IMG/VR virus record: IMGVR_UViG_3300047160_001675
Coordinates: 1 to 40,531 of that record
DNA: 40,531 bases
From: a virus
Reading direction: 5' to 3' (one strand)
A program made the position numbers and the translations under genes. This document shows positions 1-6,519 of the stretch, piece by piece (position 1 is the first letter of the stretch; every line of letters begins with the position of its first letter). The notes below the pieces were generated by a model, which did not search any database, was not told the DNA's origin, and saw only the letters and a list, made by a program, of their open reading frames with translations.

Positions 1-97
1 GCATCGAGTACATGATCTTAAGTATTTCCGCTTCTTCTTTATTAGCTTCAAGTAGCCCGTTATCGTCTAGTTGCTGCCCGTATGGCACACGGCCCAC
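1..97. repeat. Terminal direct overlap, copy 1 (identical to 40435..40531). It implies a circular replicon or circular assembly of about 40,434 bp.
   Basis: Base-by-base comparison shows 97/97 identity between the first 97 nt and the last 97 nt of the window. Confidence 0.95.
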
Positions 98-559
98 GCG
101 TTCGCCTCTAGCTTTCTTACGGGCTAGGGCTGCCTTAGTGCGCGTCGAGATCACAAGAGCCTCATACATCGCGAATAGATCCATTATGCCCCTAAGCAAG
201 ATGTTATGGGGCTCGTCGCCCTCCATCTCACCTATTGCAGAAACTAGTTTCGCTTTTTTCTTCTCTATGATACGCTCTATCATACCGATAATGTATGGGT
301 CACGTGCTAAACGTTCCCGCTTATGGACTATTAGCACGTCATCCTTCTTCAGAAGGGAAAGAGCTTCCAGAAGCTTAGGACGCTCCTCTAGCTCCTTCCT
401 TTTTCTATCTGTACCTGTAACAATATCAATGTATTCTTCGATCTGCCGCCCGCCTAGCTTCTTGATCCATTCCATGCAAGCATGACGTTGAGCGTCTAGA
501 CCTAAGCCTGAATCCTCTTGCTTGTCTGTCGAGACCCTAAGGTATATGAAATACCGCAT
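1..559 (-). CDS. Serine recombinase (resolvase/invertase catalytic domain), 5' part. The gene continues across the window junction to 40271.
   Basis: This ORF is not in the supplied track because it runs off the edge. Hand translation from ATG 559..557 gives MRYFIYLRVSTDKQEDSGLGLDAQRHACMEWIKKLGG...ARKKARGERVGRVPYGQQ. YLRVSTDKQ is the catalytic-serine motif of serine recombinases. The frame joins exactly to ORF 40271..40531 once the 97-bp overlap is collapsed, giving 723 nt = 240 aa plus stop. Confidence 0.9.
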   Translation of the reverse strand, partial: MRYFIYLRVSTDKQEDSGLGLDAQRHACMEWIKKLGGRQIEEYIDIVTGTDRKRKELEERPKLLEALSLLKKDDVLIVHKRERLARDPYIIGMIERIIEKKKAKLVSAIGEMEGDEPHNILLRGIMDLFAMYEALVISTRTKAALARKKARGERVGRVPYGQQLDDNGLLEANKEEAEILKIMYSM

Positions 560-792
560 CACTCAACCTTCTTTAACTGGCTAGAGTCGCTAATCATGCA
601 ACATTCTTTCATACGCAATACGGTCTTAACTTCTACCATATCGGTTTCTAAGCGTGTCATTCTATCCTCGATCTTTTCAATTCTCTTAGATAGATTGCTC
701 CACACGAAACCCAAAACGGCGGTTATAAAAGCCGTTTGGAGCCCTATCAACCACATGATTGTCTGGGCAAATCTCCACGTGTTTTCATCCAT
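559..792 (-). CDS. Small membrane-anchored coiled-coil protein (77 aa).
   Basis: The N-terminal segment WLIGLQTAFITAVLGFVW is hydrophobic and is followed by a heptad-like segment. Its TGA stop overlaps the recombinase ATG (TGATG). Confidence 0.55.
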   Translation of the reverse strand: MDENTWRFAQTIMWLIGLQTAFITAVLGFVWSNLSKRIEKIEDRMTRLETDMVEVKTVLRMKECCMISDSSQLKKVE

Positions 793-825
793 AAAATTTT
801 TCCTTTGATTTAATGTGTTGCTTAT

Positions 826-1131
826 CTATTGTTCATGTTGTAACTTTTGGACTGCCTGCTTACATTTAGTTAGCATCCGGGCGCCCACTTCGTCAACGTC
901 GATGATGGCGCGCGTGTCCATTAATCTAAGAAGGTCTGATATGACTACCAGCGACCGCCCTAAGTTGTATTTAATGGTTTCGACGCATTCGCGTTCATCC
1001 GTTTCAAGATACTTAGATTCTAGCGCCTTAGATTGTAGTTCATACGCACCTTTTAAAGATACAGCGTACGACCCCAAAGCGAATATATATTCTTCAAGCG
1101 TTTCAATGCTCTTTGTATCAATGAAATTCAT
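826..1131 (-). CDS. Hypothetical helical protein (101 aa).
   Basis: ORF in the leftward operon. ATGA overlap with the upstream gene. Confidence 0.55.
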   Translation of the reverse strand: MNFIDTKSIETLEEYIFALGSYAVSLKGAYELQSKALESKYLETDERECVETIKYNLGRSLVVISDLLRLMDTRAIIDVDEVGARMLTKCKQAVQKLQHEQ

Positions 1132-1409
1132 CTACAAGCCTCCGGCAGTTCGATTTTTCGCACCTCAATTTCAACAACAAACCCCATAGCACGCATATGC
1201 TCTATCTCAATTTTAGTGAACGTTTTACGCCTCATTAATATAGCAAGTCCATAGGCGAACTTATTGACGGGATAAAATAAAGGTCGCGTCAATACGTCCG
1301 CATATGATACTTTGACCGTCGGCAATCCCTTATCTTCATAGTCAAGGTCGAGACCCTGCCATATCTTCTTGTAATCTTCTTTTGCCTTTTCTAGCTCTTG
1401 CTTGTTCAT
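1128..1409 (-). CDS. Hypothetical protein (93 aa).
   Basis: AAGGGGA Shine-Dalgarno 5 nt upstream of ATG 1409. Sits in the operon. Confidence 0.6.
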   Translation of the reverse strand: MNKQELEKAKEDYKKIWQGLDLDYEDKGLPTVKVSYADVLTRPLFYPVNKFAYGLAILMRRKTFTKIEIEHMRAMGFVVEIEVRKIELPEACR

Positions 1410-1517
1410 ACAATCCCCTTAGTGTTTAGGTTGGTTAAGCCAACAAGATAACACACAGGCGCTTTATCTTGTTAGCTAAATGATTACTTACTGGAATTTT
1501 ACTCAAATTCCAGCCGG

Positions 1518-2051
1518 TTAGTGATTCCAAAATACATGCATGCCGTCATCAAGTTCTATAGTGAATATGTCGCTGTTTAAGTCCATATCACGCCCCATAG
1601 CATCCCAATTGATGTAATATTGAAGGTGCTTAGGAATTTCGTGCCCGCATTCATGCGTTATATATTCGGCATACTCCCCAAGGTCTTTATGAGTTCCTTG
1701 ATAATTGTTATCAAGAAATTCTTTTGCTTCTTCAATGCTTGTTCCTGATCCCAAATGTGCCACTAACTCTAAGATTAATTCGCCGTTATCCTCACTTTCA
1801 AGCATGTTCGCAATGTTACAAACTTCTTCTAGGCTACTTCTTTCTTCAACGCGATAAGAGCCGAAACCCTCATAATCGTGAATGTCCCATTCTTCCGCTA
1901 TTTCGCCGTATTCCTTTGTAACCGGCGAATCTTTTAACATTGTGTTAACCTCTTGCAAAACATCGTCATAGTCTTGCGCTGCATTGATCCAACGCCCATG
2001 TAACCAACCATTATTATATGCAGCTAAACAAGCAACGTATACGCGCGCCAT
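1518..2051 (-). CDS. ardA: ArdA-family anti-restriction protein (DNA mimic inhibiting type I R-M).
   Basis: Three segments run parallel to Tn916 Orf18/ArdA as I remember it. VYVACLAAYNNGWLHGRWI matches VYIANLGKYNEGELVGAWF. EEWDIHDYEG matches YAIHDYE. LQYYINWDAMGRDMDLNSDIFTI matches LQNYIDYQAYGRDLDLSGTFI. The protein is acidic and about 177 aa. Confidence 0.85.
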   Translation of the reverse strand: MARVYVACLAAYNNGWLHGRWINAAQDYDDVLQEVNTMLKDSPVTKEYGEIAEEWDIHDYEGFGSYRVEERSSLEEVCNIANMLESEDNGELILELVAHLGSGTSIEEAKEFLDNNYQGTHKDLGEYAEYITHECGHEIPKHLQYYINWDAMGRDMDLNSDIFTIELDDGMHVFWNH

Positions 2052-2142
2052 AATGATACCTTTAGTTTAATAGTTTAGTTTTGTGTCTTGCGAATTAATC
2101 GCAAGTCGCTAACCCTTATAAACTAAGAGGTAAAGTTTGCTA

Positions 2143-2370
2143 TTAATCCGGCATTAAGTCCTTAGGTGAAACGCCTAAAGCCCTAGCGATATAAACTATC
2201 TTTTCTAATCCTACGCTTCTATGTCCTCTCTCTACTGAGCTTATATAAGTCGGGTGCAAGTGCGCTAATTCGGCTAATTGCTCTTGAGACAATTCGGCCT
2301 GATAGCGCAACATGCGCACCGTTAACCCAAAGGTTTTCTTTATAGATTGTTTTTTAAACTCTTTAGTCAT
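2143..2370 (-). CDS. XRE/Cro-C1-type helix-turn-helix transcriptional regulator (75 aa).
   Basis: LSQEQLAELAHLHPTYISSVERGHRSVGLEKIVYIARALGVSPKDL is a canonical HTH_3 pattern. Confidence 0.85.
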   Translation of the reverse strand: MTKEFKKQSIKKTFGLTVRMLRYQAELSQEQLAELAHLHPTYISSVERGHRSVGLEKIVYIARALGVSPKDLMPD

Positions 2371-2416
2371 ATGATTAGCGTATCCATGACTAAAGAATTA
2401 AAACATAGACTATACG

Positions 2417-2632
2417 CTATGAAATGATACGATTGACTAAGTCCCCTTTGCTTGCGTATTTCCTTTGTAAAGCTTTAAGGTCGCATACTACACTACCTAG
2501 CTTGCACCATTGACCAAAAAAGTAAGACTCGTTTTCCGTCCTTCCGGCGCTCTTTTCTTCAAGATAGCGCGATTCAAGCGCTACTAACTCCTTGCGGTAT
2601 TGCTTAATCAACATTCTTAAATCTTCCTTCAT
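2417..2632 (-). CDS. Small hypothetical protein (71 aa) immediately upstream of the HTH gene.
   Basis: AAGGA about 10 nt upstream of the ATG. Sits in the operon. Confidence 0.55.
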   Translation of the reverse strand: MKEDLRMLIKQYRKELVALESRYLEEKSAGRTENESYFFGQWCKLGSVVCDLKALQRKYASKGDLVNRIIS

Positions 2633-2743
2633 AGAGAGTATATCCTTAGATGTGTGTAGTTATGCTTATATTCACTAGCGAACTCTAGAGCCTCGCGCCA
2701 CCCTTTGAAGGTGTAGCGCGATACTTGAGCGTTTAGGGTGTAT

Positions 2744-3097
2744 TCAACTATGCACATAATTCCACCCCCTATAGTGCTGACGGTCGAACGCTTCAATACC
2801 GGCAATCTCTAACACACCATAGAGGCGTTTAGACACACCCGGAAGGCGCGCAATTGATCCGTTAGGGTTAATCCTAAAGCTTCCAGTTTTCTTGCATGGA
2901 CGCGTTTGTAGTAAATCTTTCTTATCTTGAGACCAAGGCCCGGTAAACTCATAGACCGTCCCGGTGATAGCGCCGTCCTTATTTTCTTTCCCTATTTGCA
3001 ATATGTATTTGTAGTTAGAAGAATAGCGGTCAAATTCGTCGAGTTTTTCAACTTGATCTAATACGCAATTAGCGCGTGCACTACATGAATAGCCCAT
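2744..3097 (-). CDS. Hypothetical protein (117 aa).
   Basis: ORF coupled to the upstream gene by TAATG. Ends in TGA. Confidence 0.55.
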   Translation of the reverse strand: MGYSCSARANCVLDQVEKLDEFDRYSSNYKYILQIGKENKDGAITGTVYEFTGPWSQDKKDLLQTRPCKKTGSFRINPNGSIARLPGVSKRLYGVLEIAGIEAFDRQHYRGWNYVHS

Positions 3098-3369
3098 TAT
3101 TCACCCCCTTCAATCAAAACTAGATCATAAAGAGGTTGAAAGTTAGAATCAGCACTTATGCGAATAGTTGTATCGCAAATATCATCACAATACACTAGAT
3201 CTATAGCTTTAGGCTTTAGATAGCCCTCGTCAATCATGCGCTCGATAATTTCGTTATTCTCAAAGCTGGTAGGTATCTCAACAATTCCAGCCTTATGCCA
3301 ATCGTTAGTGTCCCAGCCACCTTCTTCATCTGTAGCCCACGCGTCTATAGCGTATACTTGATATTTCAT
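3097..3369 (-). CDS. Hypothetical acidic protein (90 aa; start moved to the internal ATG).
   Basis: AAGAGG SD 4 nt upstream of ATG 3369 (MKYQVYAIDAW...). The upstream ATG at 3411 has no SD. Confidence 0.55.
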   Translation of the reverse strand: MKYQVYAIDAWATDEEGGWDTNDWHKAGIVEIPTSFENNEIIERMIDEGYLKPKAIDLVYCDDICDTTIRISADSNFQPLYDLVLIEGGE

Positions 3370-3497
3370 ATAGCCTCTTAGTTTAGTTGTTTGTGTATCC
3401 AACCGCTTCAACGTACTTGCTTTTCTCTATGCCTCTTTGCGCTAGGCGCTCCGCATGATTATTCAACTTTCCAGTTAACCGCGCTTGAATGGTGATA

Positions 3498-3527
3498 ACC
3501 ATAACAGACAACACAAATTCCAGTCAA
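3498..3527 (-). promoter_or_regulatory. Putative sigma70-type leftward early promoter (TTGACT - 18 nt - TATGGT, with an extended -10 TG).
   Basis: The minus strand reads TTGACTggaatttgtgttgtcTGtTATGGT. It sits about 120 nt upstream of the first leftward gene. The ACTGGAATTT motif overlaps the -35 and spacer. Confidence 0.4.
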
Positions 3528-3534
3528 TAGGTTT

Positions 3535-3546
3535 CTGAAATTTCAG
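3535..3546. promoter_or_regulatory. Perfect 12-bp palindrome CTGAAATTTCAG in the divergent early control region (candidate operator).
   Basis: Read directly from the sequence. It belongs to the ACTGRAATT motif family described in the findings. Confidence 0.4.
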
Positions 3547-3686
3547 TTAAAATTGTGCATTCTCTCTAGGGAAACCGTCCGATTTTAAAATAAATAGGCG
3601 AATATGTTAGGATAAAGGTATAATCAAGCTTGACTAATGGCAATCCCGCGCCTAGCGGGCTAGCCTAATAGCTAACTAGTAAACAA

Positions 3687-4118
3687 GTGAATCACGCGCA
3701 AGATAACATGGGATTTCCTAAAGGTGATAAACGTATAGGCGATAAAGCGCGCCAACCTTCCAACGGGGTTAAGATAGCTAGTGAGCTAATAGCGGAAGCG
3801 CTACGCAAAACTAGAGGCAATATAGCGCGCGCTGCTGATAAGATAGGGATTACTCGTACTACCTTACACTCACGCATAAATAGAGAGCCTGAGTTGAAAC
3901 AGATTGTAGATGACTCTAGAGAGCGTTTTCTTGACGATCTCGAGGATGTCTTTCAGAACAAAGCTCTTTCTGGTGACACTGTAAGCGGGTTGTTCTTACT
4001 CAAGACTATAGGAAGAAAGCGCGGATACGATCAAGACCGTGATGTTATGGTTGAGAGCGCAACTAAGGGCGCTTTAGACTTCATATTCAACCGCACAAAG
4101 AATCCTGCTGAGTCTTAG
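3687..4118 (+). CDS. HTH-domain protein resembling a terminase small subunit or a regulator (143 aa; GTG start, alternative ATG at 3708).
   Basis: GNIARAADKIGITRTTLHSRI is an HTH. The C-terminal ALSGDTVSGLFLLKTIGRKRGY resembles the tail of some TerS families. The gene lies 7 kb from TerL, so the role is uncertain. Confidence 0.35.
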   Translation: MNHAQDNMGFPKGDKRIGDKARQPSNGVKIASELIAEALRKTRGNIARAADKIGITRTTLHSRINREPELKQIVDDSRERFLDDLEDVFQNKALSGDTVSGLFLLKTIGRKRGYDQDRDVMVESATKGALDFIFNRTKNPAES

Positions 4119-4435
4119 AGATACGCTAGCGCAATGCTAGCGCCTTCACACACTATCCACAACACGCTACACAACACGCAATAGTTGAACGCTTAACATT
4201 CGGTAGCGTTCAAGCATACATATATCAAAGATATCATACTACGCGCAGGCGCATGACGCACGCACGCGCGGTTAGTCGGGGGACTCTACCCGAAAGCCGA
4301 GACCCCGGCACTCCTTAATCGAACCGGTACTATGTTTATTTCATCCCAGATCACTTTCTCCCACTTAAATAATATTTTAGTTCAGAATCGTATAATTCAT
4401 CTCTGAAACGAGATATTAAGGATTACTTACTACCT

Positions 4436-4466
4436 GAAATTTTTTTTGATGGGTATTTGGTATAAT
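4436..4466 (+). promoter_or_regulatory. Putative promoter with an extended -10 (TGGTATAAT), preceded by CTGAAATTTTTTTT.
   Basis: TGGTATAAT at 4458..4466, 32 nt upstream of ATG 4499. Confidence 0.4.
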
Positions 4467-4498
4467 GGTTAATGGATTGCGCAAACCGACGGAGGGTT

Positions 4499-4690
4499 AT
4501 GTCTTTAGAGAAAGCTATCAAGTATGGGAAGGAGTGGCGTAAGCAGTATAGGGATTCGCGGTTGTTCTCATGGGGATGTCGGAATCATGGATCGTGCAAG
4601 TGTTGTGAGGGTAATCGCTTGTATGCGTCTAAGAAGCGTTTGATGAAGGCTATGTATGACGAAAAAGAAGTATTACAAGAAGTCGCATAG
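4499..4690 (+). CDS. Small Cys-rich protein (63 aa; CRNHGSCKCCEGNR).
   Basis: GGAGGG SD 2-3 nt upstream of ATG 4499. The track ORF starts earlier, at 4472. Confidence 0.55.
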   Translation: MSLEKAIKYGKEWRKQYRDSRLFSWGCRNHGSCKCCEGNRLYASKKRLMKAMYDEKEVLQEVA

Positions 4691-4743
4691 AGATTGTCCT
4701 TGCTGTGGATGGCAGGGGCATGTGCGTAATAATTCGAGAAAAT

Positions 4744-4766
4744 GGCTCTCCCATAAGCGGGGAGCC
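4744..4766 (+). terminator. Plus-strand hairpin (GGCUCUCC-7 nt-GGGGAGCC, one G.U pair) after the Cys-rich gene. The U tract is weak.
   Basis: The stem contains a G.U pair only when read as plus-strand RNA. Confidence 0.3.
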
Positions 4767-4805
4767 TATCTACCAATTTCCTACCAATATCTACTGAATT
4801 AGTAG

Positions 4806-4839
4806 AAAGAAAAAAGGCCACCCTCTTTCGAGAGTGACC
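4806..4839 (-). terminator. Minus-strand intrinsic terminator: 10-bp stem with a GAAA tetraloop, then UUUUUUCUUUCU.
   Basis: The minus-strand RNA reads GGUCACUCUC-GAAA-GAGGGUGGCC followed by U6CU3. On the plus strand the two G.U pairs become C.A mismatches and no U tract follows. Confidence 0.6.
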
Positions 4840-4946
4840 CCAACACAAAACTAAGGATATCAATGAACAACTTCAAGGTATCTTTTTCAAATTTTTTTGT
4901 CTAGACTTTTCACAGAAAATTATTTCGATATCCAGTTGATTTTTTC

Positions 4947-4976
4947 TTGACTGTGCCTTAAATTTTCAGTTATACA
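4947..4976 (+). promoter_or_regulatory. Putative promoter TTGACT - 18 nt - TATACA upstream of the 5002 operon.
   Basis: Read directly. 25 nt upstream of ATG 5002. Confidence 0.35.
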
Positions 4977-5001
4977 TCTAGTTAATAAATGAGGTACTGT
5001 T

Positions 5002-5235
5002 ATGGCGCGTATGCAGATAACGATCAATAGAAAGTCCGAGGATGTTTTCGAGTTCTCGTTCTATAAGAATTCCCCAGCCGGCGATATTGCGGAGGAGCGT
5101 GCGGAGATTGTGCGATTGATGGATGAGGCTACTGATGCGTTGATGCGTCAATCGCAGAAGATAGACAGCATGCAGTTGAATTCATCTTCGCAGGTTTATC
5201 GCATAACGATTAAGGCTGGGGGTTTAGATGCGTAA
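5002..5235 (+). CDS. Hypothetical protein (77 aa).
   Basis: GAGGT SD 6 nt upstream of the start. Confidence 0.6.
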   Translation: MARMQITINRKSEDVFEFSFYKNSPAGDIAEERAEIVRLMDEATDALMRQSQKIDSMQLNSSSQVYRITIKAGGLDA

Positions 5236-5350
5236 GGTAAGGGTTAAGAAGTTGCGCAAGATGTTTAGAGTTCTCTCGATCGGTAAAGACGAAGTAGAGA
5301 GGAATCATTGGCGCAGGTTTAAGAAAATGATGAAAGGGGAGAAGGTCTAA
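5228..5350 (+). CDS. Small, very basic protein (40 aa, MRKVRVKKLRKMFRVL...). Not in the ORF track because it is under 60 aa.
   Basis: Hand translation. It overlaps the upstream stop and is TAATG-coupled to the next gene. Confidence 0.35.
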   Translation: MRKVRVKKLRKMFRVLSIGKDEVERNHWRRFKKMMKGEKV

Positions 5351-5550
5351 TGTATTTAGTATTGATTCCAGTGCAGAAGCTTAATGGTGCTCGAAGTAAT
5401 TATTATGAAGCTAACTATATGGCAGATCCAGTTGATGTGTGTAGAGCGCTCGGAGGGGGTGCTATAGTTTACAAGTTAGATGCGTTAACAGAGATTATAG
5501 ACATTGAAATTACTTGTAGCGAGAAGGTGATAAATGCAAAGCGAACGTAG
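5350..5550 (+). CDS. Hypothetical protein (66 aa).
   Basis: TAATG-coupled ORF. Confidence 0.5.
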   Translation: MYLVLIPVQKLNGARSNYYEANYMADPVDVCRALGGGAIVYKLDALTEIIDIEITCSEKVINAKRT

Positions 5551-6199
5551 TCTTATTTATCGACCAAACTATCAAGACTATAGATTTAGTTTCATTCCAG
5601 AGTTCGAGGCATACGGCTGAAAGTTTACGCAGGGTACTGCGATATTGAATGATGCGTGGGTGATTAACCTTAGGACGCCGGGCCGTAAGTACAAGATCCG
5701 TAGAGATAGGTATGTGGGTCAGCATAAGTCTGTTCGCTTCCGTAGATATGAACAACTGCCTTGTGTGCCACTAGATAGTTATGCAGATCCCGGCTCTGAT
5801 CCTGTCAACTATGAAGAGCTTAACCTGCTCTATAGTAATGCTAAGAAGTCTTGGGATGCAAGGTCTACATATTTAGGCACTCTGAGGGAGATGCAGAGGG
5901 AGTATAACGTTAGAAAGTCTAAAGAATTATGGGAATCCCCATGCGATGGGGTTTATAAGTTTAATACAATCAAAAGAAGGAAGAAAGAAATGTTTAATGA
6001 AGACGAAGTTAGTTTCATTGAAGAAACTGCAAATAGAGATTTGAAGGCTCTTAATCACAAGATTGAGCAGATGGTTAATGAGATGGCGCGCATGGGTAAG
6101 CAGTTGAGCGACCTGAAGGTTGTGGAGTCTAAGTTGACTTCGATTCTTAGAGCGATCGAAGAAGAAAAAGAAGATGATCGCTGCCGCGGGGCCTGCTAA
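5534..6199 (+). CDS. Hypothetical protein whose ORF is interrupted by an in-frame TGA at 5618..5620 (28 codons, TGA, 192 codons).
   Basis: ATG 5534 has the SD GAGAAGGTGA. MQSERSLIYRPNYQDYRFSFIPEFEAYG ends at TGA and is in the same frame as track ORF 5645..6199. That track ORF begins at a TTG with no SD. Confidence 0.5.
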
Positions 6200-6519
6200 T
6201 GAATATTTTTAAAGGCACTCTTAGGTATTTAGAGCACCTAGGGCGCATGCGTAAGTTTTCGCATGATGAGCCAGTATTGGATCCTCGGCGCATGGTCAAC
6301 CGCACGCTTTATGGCACTGATTATCATCCTGAAGATGTAGCTTTTCAGCTTACCAAGGCTTTAAAGCATTTTCATACTGAGATGAATGGAGTTTCTATTC
6401 AAGAGTATGGCAAATGCCTAGCTGATGAGATGGTTCACGGCTTCGGCATCTTGGAGCATGCATGGGTAGATGGTCGGTTAACAGTTAAGGCAGTTCGCCC
6501 GGAGAACTATATTGGATAA
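6199..6519 (+). CDS. Hypothetical protein (106 aa).
   Basis: TAATG-coupled ORF. Confidence 0.6.
   Translation: MNIFKGTLRYLEHLGRMRKFSHDEPVLDPRRMVNRTLYGTDYHPEDVAFQLTKALKHFHTEMNGVSIQEYGKCLADEMVHGFGILEHAWVDGRLTVKAVRPENYIG

Noticed and set aside
12-485. 157-aa plus-strand ORF at the window start.
   Set aside because: It is the antisense frame of the serine recombinase gene, whose minus-strand translation has the YLRVSTDKQ catalytic motif. The plus-strand product is low-complexity and Ser/Leu/Arg-rich, with no SD.
3440-3657. 10-bp inverted repeat CGCTAGGCGC / GCGCCTAGCG flanking the divergent early promoter region. I considered it as a recombinase-invertible promoter switch.
   Set aside because: A 10-bp inverted match within about 250 bp is expected several times by chance in 40 kb. 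There is no extended similarity to known hix/gix-type sites and no second supporting feature.
4241-4330. GC-rich island as a tRNA or tmRNA fragment (attP core). It contains GGTTCGATT on the minus strand.
   Set aside because: I could not fold a T arm or acceptor stem around the TTCGA-like sequence, and no cloverleaf is possible. It is kept only as an unexplained structured or repeat region.
4585-4863. 92-aa minus-strand ORF in the 4691..5001 gap.
   Set aside because: It would have to be translated straight through the minus-strand terminator hairpin and U tract at 4806..4839, and it overlaps the 3' end of the Cys-rich gene. It has no SD, and its composition looks non-coding.
5618-5641. Selenocysteine insertion at the in-frame UGA. 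A hairpin, CGCAG-GGTA-CTGCG, lies just downstream and superficially recalls the fdhF SECIS apical loop GGUC.
   Set aside because: The hairpin starts about 8 nt after the UGA, so the loop sits about 6 nt closer than in the E. coli SECIS. There is no bulged U. No comparable hairpin follows the RusA UGA, and Sec makes no sense at these positions.
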